From: Cyanophora paradoxa CCMP329
Taxonomy: Eukaryota > Plantae > Glaucophyta
Length of the DNA stretch: 42,738 bases
Direction: 5' to 3'
Assembly (NCBI GenBank): GCA_004431415.1
Contig: QPMI01000341.1
Span: 1 to 42,738 of the forward strand
The notes beneath the pieces were generated by a model, which ran no database searches, was not told the DNA's origin, and worked only from the letters and a program-made list of their open reading frames with translations. The translations under genes were made by a program, and so were the position numbers. Below, one piece after another: positions 11,551 through 21,765 of this stretch. The first letter of the stretch is position 1. Each line of letters opens with the position of its first letter.

Positions 11551-13598
11551 ATGGTATCGGCCGCGAATTCAAACCGGAGCACCGAAGATCGGGAGGAGCG
11601 CGAGGGGAGAGCGGGCGCCGCCGGGGAGAGCGAGGGGGTGACGGTGTACGCGTGCGCACTGGATAGCTGCTGCGCTCGGATGAGCTCGCGTCCGAAGACA
11701 GGTGAGTCGGGACCGCGCCTCTGCGTGGCATGTATCGGGAGCCCGAGCCGGGGACTGAGCGGGGCGCAGTGCCGCTGGCAGCGCTGATGGCGGTGCTGAC
11801 GGTGCTGGGGACGCTGACGGCGAGCCTCGTCGCGTTCCTGGTCCACCAGCGCCTCTCCAACCAGGCCGTGGACCAGATCTCCGTGCAGGCGCCCCGCCCC
11901 GGCTACCCGCCCCCGGGGCGCGCCCCGGGCTGATCGCGAGGGCGCGCGCGCAGCTGCGGCGGAACACGTGCGTCGGCTCGGCGGAGTACGTGCAGCGCAA
12001 CTCGTTCGACGTGCTCGACACGGCCCTCGACGTCGCCTCGGGCGTCTACGTCCACTTCACCTCCGCCCGCCACCCCTGGCAGGAGATGGCCCGGCCCGTC
12101 CCCGGCCCCCGCCGCCCCCGCCTCCCCGGCCCCTCTGACGCCCCCTGCAGGCGCTGGTTCTCGGCGGCCAACTCGAGTACGCGCTGCCTCGACGCCGTCC
12201 CGGCAAATGGGGGCGTGGGGCGAGCGGGCGGGGGCAGCGGGGGTGATCAGCGTGGGGGTCGTGGACGCGAGCGGGGCCGAGCTCTCCATGTTCATCGGGC
12301 CGCCCTACGCCGCTGAGGGCCGCGCCGTCGTCTTCACCCCGGACCCCGCCGCCCGCCCCGGTCCCCGCGCCCCGCCCCCTCAATGCGCTCGGGGCGCCCT
12401 GACGCTTGCGGCGCCGCAGGGAGCGGGGCGGCGCTCATGTTCCGCCTCACGCCGGACGGTTACATCGACGCGACCAGCGGCGCGCGCCCTGAACCATCAG
12501 AGGCAGGGCAGAAGGCAGCTCACGGGCCGGGGCAGGCCCGGAGCGGGCGGACCGCTCGACAACCCCGAGCCTCTTCCGCGACCCGCCCTCCCTCTACGCC
12601 CGCGCCCTCGCCGCCTCCCCGGGCCCGCAGCGCCCTTTCCGCGCCTTCTCCGCCCCCTGCGTGTCGCGCCGATCGGGGGGCCGGCGGGGGCAGGGCACGT
12701 GCACGGGGCGCAGCTGGGGGAGTCGCCGCGGGCGGTGGTGGCGGCGCGGGCGGTGAACGAGTCGGGGGTGGCGGTCGTCAGCTTCGCGGCGATCAACCTC
12801 CTCACCTTCCGCGACCTCCTGCGGGCCCGCCCCGTCCCGCCCCGCCCGCTCCTCGACGCCGGCCCCGCCGCAGCGGCCGCTCACGTGCCGGCGCGCCGGG
12901 GCGCAGGACGTGCTGGAGGCGACCGACTTCCGCGCGTGGGTCACCAACGACACGTCGACGTCCGCCCCGCCCCGGCCCTCTCCGCCCCGCCAGCCGACCC
13001 CGCGCCGCCCCGCAGGGACGGGACCCTCGTGGCCACCGCCAAGTACGGTGCGCCTCCGGCGCCGCCCCGCGCGCGTGCCGGCGGGAAACCGCGCCGCGCG
13101 GGGCGCAGGGAGCCCGGTGGACGGAGCGGGACGCCCGGTGCGGGCGGCGGACTTCGGGAATCCCGTTTTCGCCGCCGCCGCCCGCATCGCCGCCGAGGAG
13201 CCGGCCCCGGGGGCGGCGGGCGCGCCCGCGCCCCCCGCGCCGCCCTTCCTCGCCGACGGCGCGGCAGGCGCTTCGGGCGGGGCCACCCGGTCTCCCTCCG
13301 CACCGGCTCCGACTTCCTCGTCTGTGCGCCCGCGGAGCGCACGCCCCTCGCGCCGGCGCCGCGGTGCGCGGTGCGAGGGGCGGCAGGCCGGGCGCCGCTG
13401 CAGGCCCGGGGCCCGGCGTGGTCGCTGTGGCTGGCGATCCCGGCGGGGGCGCTGTACGGGGAGGTGCGGCGGGCATCGACGGCCGGCGTCGTCTTCGGCT
13501 GCTGCTGGGCAGCCCTCCTCTCCGCCCTCGCCGCCGCCCTCGGCTGCCTCGTCGCCCGCCCCTTCGCGCTACCACGCCGCCTCCCCCCCCCCCCCCCG

Positions 13599-13637
<39 letters not shown>

Positions 13638-15775
13638 CCCCGCCCCCTTCCCACGCCCCCTTCCCACGCCCCCGCCCGCCCCCGCAGCTCCTCTTCCGCG
13701 CGTGCCCCGTGCGGGCCCCGCCCGCGGCGGGCCTGCGCGCCCTCCCAGGCCCCGCCCTGCGACCCGGGGCCAGGCCGCCAGCGCCGGCACCGCTCGCTGC
13801 CCCCGCCGGGGGCTCAGCTTCCGACGCTGCACGCGCCGGAGCTGAGCGCCGCCCTCCTAACGCCGCTCGACCGGCGCGCCTCGGCGCCCGGGCGTCTGCT
13901 CTCGTCCTCCGCCCTCGAGACTGGCGCCGGCGCGGAGCGGCCGCCGCTGTGGCCAGCCCTCGCGGAGGAGCCGGCAGGCGGCGACGAGCTCGAGGCTGCC
14001 ACGCCGCCGGCGCCCGCCGCCCAGGCGAACGACGGCTCCCCCGAGGCGCCCGTGGCCGCCTCGCAGGGCCACGGCGCGTCCTGGGCCGAGCACGAAAGCA
14101 CGGCGGCCGGGGGCAGCCACAGCTACTCTGCTCCCCTCGCTGCCGAGGGTCCCCGCTGCTCCTCCGGGGTGCCCCACAGGCGCGGTCCCCGGTCCATCGG
14201 CGCCGCCCGGGCTCACGCTCTCCGCAGCGGGAAGCGGCGCTGCAGCGGGCTCCGCGCGGCGGCCCACGCCGCCGGCCTCCGCATCACCGAGGTCGGACCG
14301 CCGCGCCTCGGCGCCGTGCCGGCTCCCGTGAGAGCGGGGGGCAGGTGCGGCTGTGCCGGGAGGCGGTGTGCGCGCTGGAGGCCGGCCTCGCGTCCCTCAA
14401 GCGCTACGTCCCCGGCGAGGCGCGCCGCATGTCACCCGCCCCGCCCCGCCCCGTCCCTCGCCCGACGGCCCCACGCAGGTCGTGGACGGCCTGCTGGGGG
14501 CCCCCCGCCCGCCCGCCGTCCAGGTCGAGACCCACGACGTCTCGGGCGCGCCCCCGCCCCGCAGCCCCCGCCGGCGAGCGGGGCCGGCTGAGGGGCGGCG
14601 GGGCGGGCAGTGATGTTCGGGGACCTGGCGGGCTTCACGGGCCTCACGGAGCGGCTCGCCCCCGCCCAGCTCCTCTACCTCCTCCACGAGTTCATGGGCG
14701 CCGTCTCCGCCGCCGTCGCCGCCACCGGCGGCTGCGTCGACAAGTTCGTCGGAGACGGCGTCATGGCCCTGTGGCGAGCCCCCCGGGGCCGCTCGCCCCC
14801 GGCGCGGCTCTCGCCTCCGTGAGCGTCTGAGGGCGGGGCGGCGCAGGAACCGGCCGACGCCGCTGGCGGAGCACCCGGCGGCCGCCCTGCGCGCCGCCCT
14901 CGCCGCCTCCCGCGCGATCGCCGTGCGCCCGCGCCCCGTCTCGTCCCCGCCGTCTTATAGCCGGGCCGACGATGACGAATGGCACGCCGGCAGCTCCTCG
15001 GGCCACGGCTGCGTGCGGTGGGCCTGCCGCCCCTCGCCGCGCGCTTCGGCGTTCACTGCGGCCCCGCCCTCGTCGGCACCGTACGCCCCCTTGCCCCGCC
15101 CCTTCCACGTCGCGGCCTCCCGCACGCCTTCGACTCGCAGGTCGGCACCGCCGCGCGCCTCTCGGTCCGCACGGACGACCCTCCTGGAGCCCCCCCTGCG
15201 GGTCTGACGAGCTCCGGGGACGCAGTACACGTGCATCGGGGACGTCCCCAACGTCGCCTCCCGCCTCGAGAGTGCGCGCCTCCCCCGCCGCTCGCCCCTC
15301 CCACCACGCCCGAGAGATCTAGACGAGCAGGCCTGAACCGGCGCTACGGGACGGTTGTGCTGGCCTCGGGGGAGGCGGCGGGGAGGGCTGGGCCCTCCTT
15401 CCTCGTCCGGCCCCTTGACTCCGTGCTCCTGAAGGCCCGCCCGAGCGTCCGCGGCCTCGCCCCGCGGCCGGGGCTCACGGGCAGGGGCCGGGGCGCGCAG
15501 GGGAAGGCGCGGCCCGTGGAGGCGTGCGAGGTGCTCGGCGAGTGGGGAGGGGGGCCCCTCGCCGCCGCCCCGGACCCCGCCGCCCCGCCCTCGCCGCCCG
15601 ATACCAGGCGGCCCTTTCCGCCCTCCGCCGGCGCGACTTCGCGGGCGCCGTCGGCCTCGCCCAGGCCGCCGCCCGCGCCGCCCCCGGGGACCTCCCCACC
15701 GCCCTCCTCCTCGCCCGCGCCCGCGCCGCCGCCCGCAACCCCGAGGCCTTCGAGCCCGCCGTCGACGCCTCCTAG
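11551..15775 (+). CDS. Membrane-bound class III adenylate cyclase (TM - Cache-like sensor - TM - interrupted HAMP-like linker - cyclase)
   Basis: Spliced catalytic motifs VMFGDLAGFTGLTE, VDKFVGDGVMALWN, RFGVHCGPALVGTVG, YTCIGDVPNVASRLE, LKGKARPV; linker GLASLKRYVP; TM segments at ~11770-11850 and ~13480-13555. Sensor domain and start codon are inferred. Confidence 0.88.
13583..13636 (+). repeat. Poly-C tract (~54 nt, one G)
   Basis: Directly visible; length unreliable. Confidence 0.9.
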
Positions 15776-15913
15776 GCCTGACATCGCGATCGGCGGAGGG
15801 ATGATCAGCTAGCTATTTATAGCTAGCTTAGCCTAGCTAGTATACCCGGGGCCTGCTGCCGCCGGGGACCGGCCGCGGGGCCGGGCCATACTACGGTAGT
15901 ATACTAGTACGTA

Positions 15914-16164
15914 CCGTAAAACACAATAATATGACGGTCAAATTTATGTCGTTTTAAAACCGGATCCTTCTCTATGCAAAATATGACGTCCTCAAATTAT
16001 GTCAGCATGAACTTTTCAGGCTTGTATGGGACGGTAAATTTGATGGGGTACTACTGAGCGTGCCCTGCTATGACGGTCCCAAATTATGTCGTTATCTCGC
16101 GTGAGAGGCGACATAATTTGGGGACGACATAATAAAGTACAGACCTTAATATTCTGCATTACGG
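15914..16164. mobile_element. Putative non-autonomous Tc1/mariner-pogo-type MITE
   Basis: AT-rich 251 bp flanked by TA on both sides; ends CCGTAAAACACAATAATATG and (reverse complement) CCGTAATGCAGAATATTAAG match 15/20; internal TATGACG and AAATTATGTC sub-repeats. Confidence 0.55.
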
Positions 16165-16572
16165 TAGCGCTTTGACTCAGCCTTTGAGGCGCATTGAGCT
16201 GAATTTGAGCACGACGCACGCATGCGCAGCACGTGCGAGCTCGAGTCGGTGACTCGGTGCGACGTCGACGCGTACGTTGACGAACGCGTCGACGTCGACG
16301 TCGACGTCGATCCGACGGTCCAATCACGAAGCAATATGCACCGGAGCATTCTTATTCGCCATCCCAAGGAACCTGGGGGGGTACACCCTAACAGCAGTAA
16401 GCTTGGCTGCGCCTTCGCCAATTTTGTCCCAGCGTTACGCGCAAGTCACCACGCCGAGGAGCGCATCAGCGCCAGGGAAGCGCATCAGCAGCGCCAGGGA
16501 AGCAGCGCTCAGTGCTCACTGAGTCAGCCGCATCATTCGAGCGGAAAGCCAGCACTCGGAGGTCACGGCGCT

Positions 16573-18939
16573 ATGAGGACTCTCGCGCTCGCGCTGGCGG
16601 TCGTTCTGGCGGTCTTGATACCCGCAAACGGTGCGCACTTGCTTGCTCGTCCCTGCCGTGTCTCGGCGGCGGCGGCGGGCTCACGGCCGTTGCGCACCAG
16701 GCCAAATCTCGGACCTGCAAGTAGTCGGTGGCAACACCACCACGCCTGCGGGCTATTTTGTGTTCAACGGCACGCAAGTTTCGTTCGGGTGGTCTGGAAG
16801 CTGCCAGGGACTTGTTGGTGTCAGCGGGCTGGGGTGCGGTCGCTTCAGACTGTGAGCTTATTTTCAGCGCGCTTACGGTCTGTCCAGCCCTGTGAATGTC
16901 GCCTGGATCGCTAGCCCCGATCCAACCGCGGTCGCGGTGAGTTGATCCAACCGCCTCGCTGTGGCCAGCGCTGACGCTCCCGGACCCCCACTCGTGAGCA
17001 GAAGAACCTCGCACCGCTCAACATGTTTGGCGTTCAGTCCCCGGCGCAGGCACAGGCTGGCGCGAAGAGCCTGATTGTGAACCTGACGGTGATACCGTGA
17101 CATTTGATCCTCCTGGTGCATCTTTCTGATACGTTTTCACAGGCCCCGTCGGAGGGTGTCTATGCCCTGTTTGCCATCTGTGTTGGTTTTGACGGCAAAG
17201 AGGGCGACCCAGTGTTCTCGAAGCTGCCTCTCATCGTATACAATAGCGCCACGAGCAGTGCGCCTCCCCGAGAGTCAACGCTGCTCTCTCTGAGTGCGCG
17301 CAGGCGCGATCTTCGGGCTGTCGCCGTTCCCCGACTTCAGCGCCATCGCAAAGAACCAGCTCGACAAGGTCCTCAAGCCGCACTCCTCCAGGGGCAACGT
17401 TAGCTATGTCGCCGTCACTGTCCGCGCCCCGTCCTCCCCCGGCGCGCTGGCTCGCCCGCTAAGTCACGGCGCAGGCGCCAGGGAACGCGCCCAAGGTGGA
17501 CGTCGTGTTCGTGGACCCCGTGTGCCTGGCGGCGCAGATCGTGGCGCCCAACCTCGTCGTGCCGCTCGCCACCGCGGTCTCCCAGGTCACCCTCAACCGC
17601 GTCATCCACGCCTGGGACCTCCCCGTGCGGCCCCCCCTCTCTTCCCCTCCCGAAGATCCCCCCGAGCGCGCCCCGCAGTTCCCCGCCGACTTCAAGCCCT
17701 GCTGCAACTTCGGCGGCATCCTGGCGCTGCCGTACACCAGCAACGCGCGGGAGAGCCCGAACAACGCGGTGCTCTTCAAGCAGGGCCTTGCTGCCTTCAC
17801 CTCTGACCTCGCCGTCGTCGGTGCGCCGCCCCCGCGCCGCCGCCGCGAGCGCCGCGTGGGGCTCATCGGGGGCGCCAGACGACAAGTCGCGGGGCACGGG
17901 GGTCACGATCTCGTCGATGAACGCGACGCGCTGGGCGTGCGGCGTCCTCCCCATGATGAAGATCGTCGAGGGGTTCCCCCAGATGGCCCCCTACGCCGGC
18001 GCCATGGACCAGTGGAAGACGGGCGCCTCCGTCACCGTCACGGGCACCGTCGAGAGCGGGCTGACCGGCGCCGTCGGCGGCCTCCTCGTCCTCGAGTCGA
18101 GCATCTCGGCTGCCGACCAGCAGGCCTTCCTGAGCACGGGCAAGGTGCCCGTGAGCGACCTCAAGGCCGTCGTGCCGGGCTTCGTGCAGTCGACGGGGAC
18201 CATCTCGGGGACCTCGTTCAGCCTCAAGTACGAGGTCCCCGACGTCGCCCCCGGCCGCTACGTCTTCATCGTCTTCGCTGCCTCCGACGCGACGGGGAAG
18301 AACGACTGGCGGTACGTCAACATCACGCGCGGGAGCAACCGGCCGCTGGTCGCCGTGCAGGGCTCCCTCATCGCCAAGATGGCCATCGCGCCGCCCAAAC
18401 CGGCGGACGAGAACGACCTCTACTCGTCGGGCACCTTCGCCAAGCTCTGCAACCCCGTCGCCGCCCTCTTCAAGAACGGCACCGGCAAGGGCTTCGGCAC
18501 CTACACCTGCGAGGCGCGCCCTACCTGGTCCCCCGTCTCCCAGGGCATCTCCGGCCGCCTCGAGGGCGCCGCCCGCCGCCGCACGAGCCGCCGCGCGGCG
18601 CGCCAGACAAACCCCGCGTGGACCATCCTCATGGTCATCAACTCGGGCTCGACGGACAACGCCGCCGCCAAGGCCCTCGGCGACGCCCTCACGGCGGCGA
18701 TTAAGAGCGGAAACACGGCCTTCGCCTCGGCGGGGATCGCCGGCATCGCCATCGCGTACAGCGACGGGGCGACGGGCCTCACCACGAACCCCGCCGTCAC
18801 CGGTGTGACCATCCCTTCCGACTTCACGAACGGCCTCGGCGCCACCACGGTCAAGAGCGCCGCCCTCGGCGCCGCCAGCCCGTTCGGCCTTCTTTCCACC
18901 CTCCTCGCGGCCGTCATCGCCGCCCTCCTCGTCCTCTAG
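16573..18939 (+). CDS. Secreted, probably GPI-anchored surface glycoprotein of unknown family
   Basis: Signal peptide MRTLALALAVVLAVLIPANG; several N-x-S/T sequons; Cys-containing exons; C-terminal small-residue site plus hydrophobic tail SAALGAASPFGLLSTLLAAVIAALLVL-stop. Confidence 0.8.
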
Positions 18940-19130
18940 GCGCCCCGCCCCGACCTTGCAGTGGCGCCGGCCCCGGCGTCTCTTTTTTCGTCGCTAGTGC
19001 TTTCGCTCCGCCTTAGTTCTCCATGCAGCCTCTTCCCACAGAATACATATATAGCCGTTCGCCGAACGTTTCAAATGAACACGGCTGGTCCGATAAACTG
19101 GTGACGCGGGGCGGGGCTACCGAGCGGGGG

Positions 19131-21539
19131 TCACGCGCACGGCCGCGGCGGCTCACGGTCGCGCGCGGCGAGGTGCCGCCGCACGCGCTCCACGAGCTCC
19201 CGCTCTGGCCCCGCCGCCGCGCCGGCCCGCGCGCTGCCGCCGCGAGGCCCTCGCGGATGGTCGCCGCCGCCTCGGCCGCCGCCGCCGCCGGCGCGGGGCC
19301 AGGCGGCCGGCGCGCTTCGTCCAGCGCCCAGCGGCGAGGACGTGGCGGACGTGGCGCGCGCTGCAGCACCGCAGGGCCACCTGCGCCGCCCTCCGAGGCT
19401 CAGGCTCGCCCCGGCTACCGGTTTGGCGAGTCGGGGCCACCTCGAGGGGCCAATCGTCGTCGACGTCAGAGCCCTCGCCGGGGCGGGCGAGGGCGAGCCA
19501 GTCGGGGGGCGCCCAGGGCCCGAGCGCCGCCTGCAGATCCACCAGCACCGCGTCCGCCACGTACCCCGCCCGCAGCCGCCCCGCCGGCACTGCCGCGCAC
19601 TCGGCCGGCGTCGAGGGGCGCGGGGCGGCGCGGCGGCCGCACAGTCGTCCCCGAAGGCTACGGCCGCGCCGCCCTGCGTGGCGGCGGCGAGGGCGTCGCG
19701 CGCGGAGAGGGCGCCGGAGTGCGCCGTCCAAAGCGCCCGCGCCTCCCGCAGGCCGTCCTACCGCGCGCGTGAGGGGGGGCGGGGCGGGCGAGTGGCGTGG
19801 GGGGGCCTGGCCTGGTCCTCGTCGAGGGCGCGCCCGTCGAGGCCGACGCCGACGCGGGCGCCCGCCGCGAGGAGCGCCGCCGCGGGGCGAGGCGGCCCGA
19901 GCGGAGGCGGGCGTTGGAGGAGGGGCAGAGGGCGACGCCGGCGCCGGCGCGGCCGGCCGCCGCGACGTCGCCCTCCTCGGCCCAGCACATGTGGGCGAAC
20001 GAGGCGAAGGGGCCCAGGCAGCCGAGCGCCTCGAGGTGCTCGAGGAAGGGCCGCCCCAGGCGCCGCCGCGCGTAGTCCCGCTGCCTCCGCGACTCCAGCG
20101 CGTGCATGTGGTACTGCCCGCCCCGTCACGGGCGCGGCTACGGGGCGGGCCGGGGCGGGGGACGGCGGGGCGGGCGGGCGCGCGCCTTGGTGCGGCGGGA
20201 GCGGGCGAACTCTGCGCAGCGGGCGACGAGCTCGTCGGAGCACCAGGCCATCCCCGCCGGCCCCGCCTGCACGTGCGCCGCCTCCCCCGCGCACTCCCCG
20301 TGCAGCCGCTCGCACACCTCGATGTACTCGTCCGTCGTCAGCGGCGGCCTCCTGCCGGCGCCGCTGGGGCCGGGGGCGGCGGCCGGCCGGGTGCGAGTGC
20401 CGCGCGCACCGCGTACGGGACTCGGCAAGGGGCCGCAGGTGGGGCGGGAGCGAGCGGATAAATTCGTCTGCGGCGGGACGGGGCGCGGCGGTGGGGCGGG
20501 GCGGGGGCGGACAGGGGGCGCGGCGCCCGACCCTCGCCCTCGTAGAGGAAGAGGTTCTGGTCGACCCTGCGCCCGCCCGTGAGCCGCGCGCCAGCGGCGG
20601 CGGCGGGGCGAGCGGGCGGGCGGGCCGGGGCGTGCATGGGAAGATGGAAGGCGACGCGGAGGCCGACGGCGGCGTACGCGCGCAGCGTCCCGCGCGCCTC
20701 CTCCAGCATCGCCCCGGGCTCCCAGCTCCGCGGGTTGTGGCTGTGCACCGTCCCCGTGACCCCCGAGCTGCCCCCGCGACCCTCAGGGGCGCGGCAGTTG
20801 GGGGGGGGGGGATGGCGGCCGGCGCGCGCGCACCTTGCCTGGAGGGCGGCGTCGTACGCCGCGGCCGCCCGCGGTTCAACAAAGGGAAGCCGCCCGAGGC
20901 CCTGCGCCGCGCGCGAAGAGCGAGAACGCTGAGCTCTCCAGGGGCAGCCTGGCAATGCTGCGGCGGGGCCCGGGGGCCTGGGGCGGCGGACCATGAGCCA
21001 GATTTCGAGCTCCGCATCCCTCACGCCGAGAACGGCCGCCGACGGCCCGAAGCCGTGGTCGTGCGCGTTGATCAAGCCGGGAATCAGGAAGAGCTCGTCG
21101 CCACCTTCCTCCTCGAGCGGCTCGCCCGCGTACTTCGCTCGGAGCGCGTCAACCGGCCCAGCTTCCACGATGGCGCTCCCTTCAACCACGATCCCGAAGC
21201 GCGTCTGAAGCGGGCAGTCCGCCTCAACGAACGCGAATCCACCCCAGAGCATCTTCCTGAACGGGCGCTGGACGCGTGCATGCGCAGCAAGCGAATGATC
21301 CGGGCAAACGCCGCGCACCGCTCAGATTTGGAATGCGCGTGCGCCTCAGGTGCCTCGCTGAAGCAATGAAAATGGAAGGCGCTTCGTCTGCGCTCTGCTG
21401 GCTTCACCGGAATCCCCACCGTCGATGCCGCGCCGGCCCGGCGCGGGGCGCTGCATCGCTGCGTACTACGATATCCGACATTCCTGCTGACGCGTACGCC
21501 CTCGCGCACGATAGGTACCGGAGCCCCAAACGCTTCCAT
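19131..21539 (-). CDS. Metal-dependent amidohydrolase (MTA/SAH deaminase / AtzA-TrzA-like) with transit-peptide-like N-terminus
   Basis: LIPGLINAHDH, HMHALES, FAHMCW, CPSSNARLRSG, GVGLDG, GRLRAGYVADAVLVD, VRHVLAAGR. Exon 1 MEAF... joins in frame via GC-AG intron 21344-21268. Apparent indels near 19890 and 19200-19300. Confidence 0.85.
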
Positions 21540-21765
21540 GCGGCCGCGATCCGATGATCAAATTAATGTCCGATCGACTCGGGTCACCGGGTTCGGCGAT
21601 CAAATCCGCCAGACGACAGTCATTGCTCGAGCGAGCCCGTTGTTTGTTCAAATCCGCCTTCGCTAATAAGGCCTCCAGCCCGGATGCCATGCGAAAGCTA
21701 CGTGGTGTTTTTGGTCGAACATGCGAGTCCTAAGGGGGGTAACGCTAGGTTTGAGCCGTCGGCGC

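Noticed and set aside
13583-13636. Poly-Pro coding tract or functional i-motif
   Set aside because: Homopolymer length is unreliable and the tract may be intronic.
19190-19900. Pseudogenisation or programmed frameshifting in the first amidohydrolase
   Set aside because: Frame breaks fall in G/C runs while catalytic motifs are intact; sequencing indels are more likely. Needs read or cDNA confirmation.
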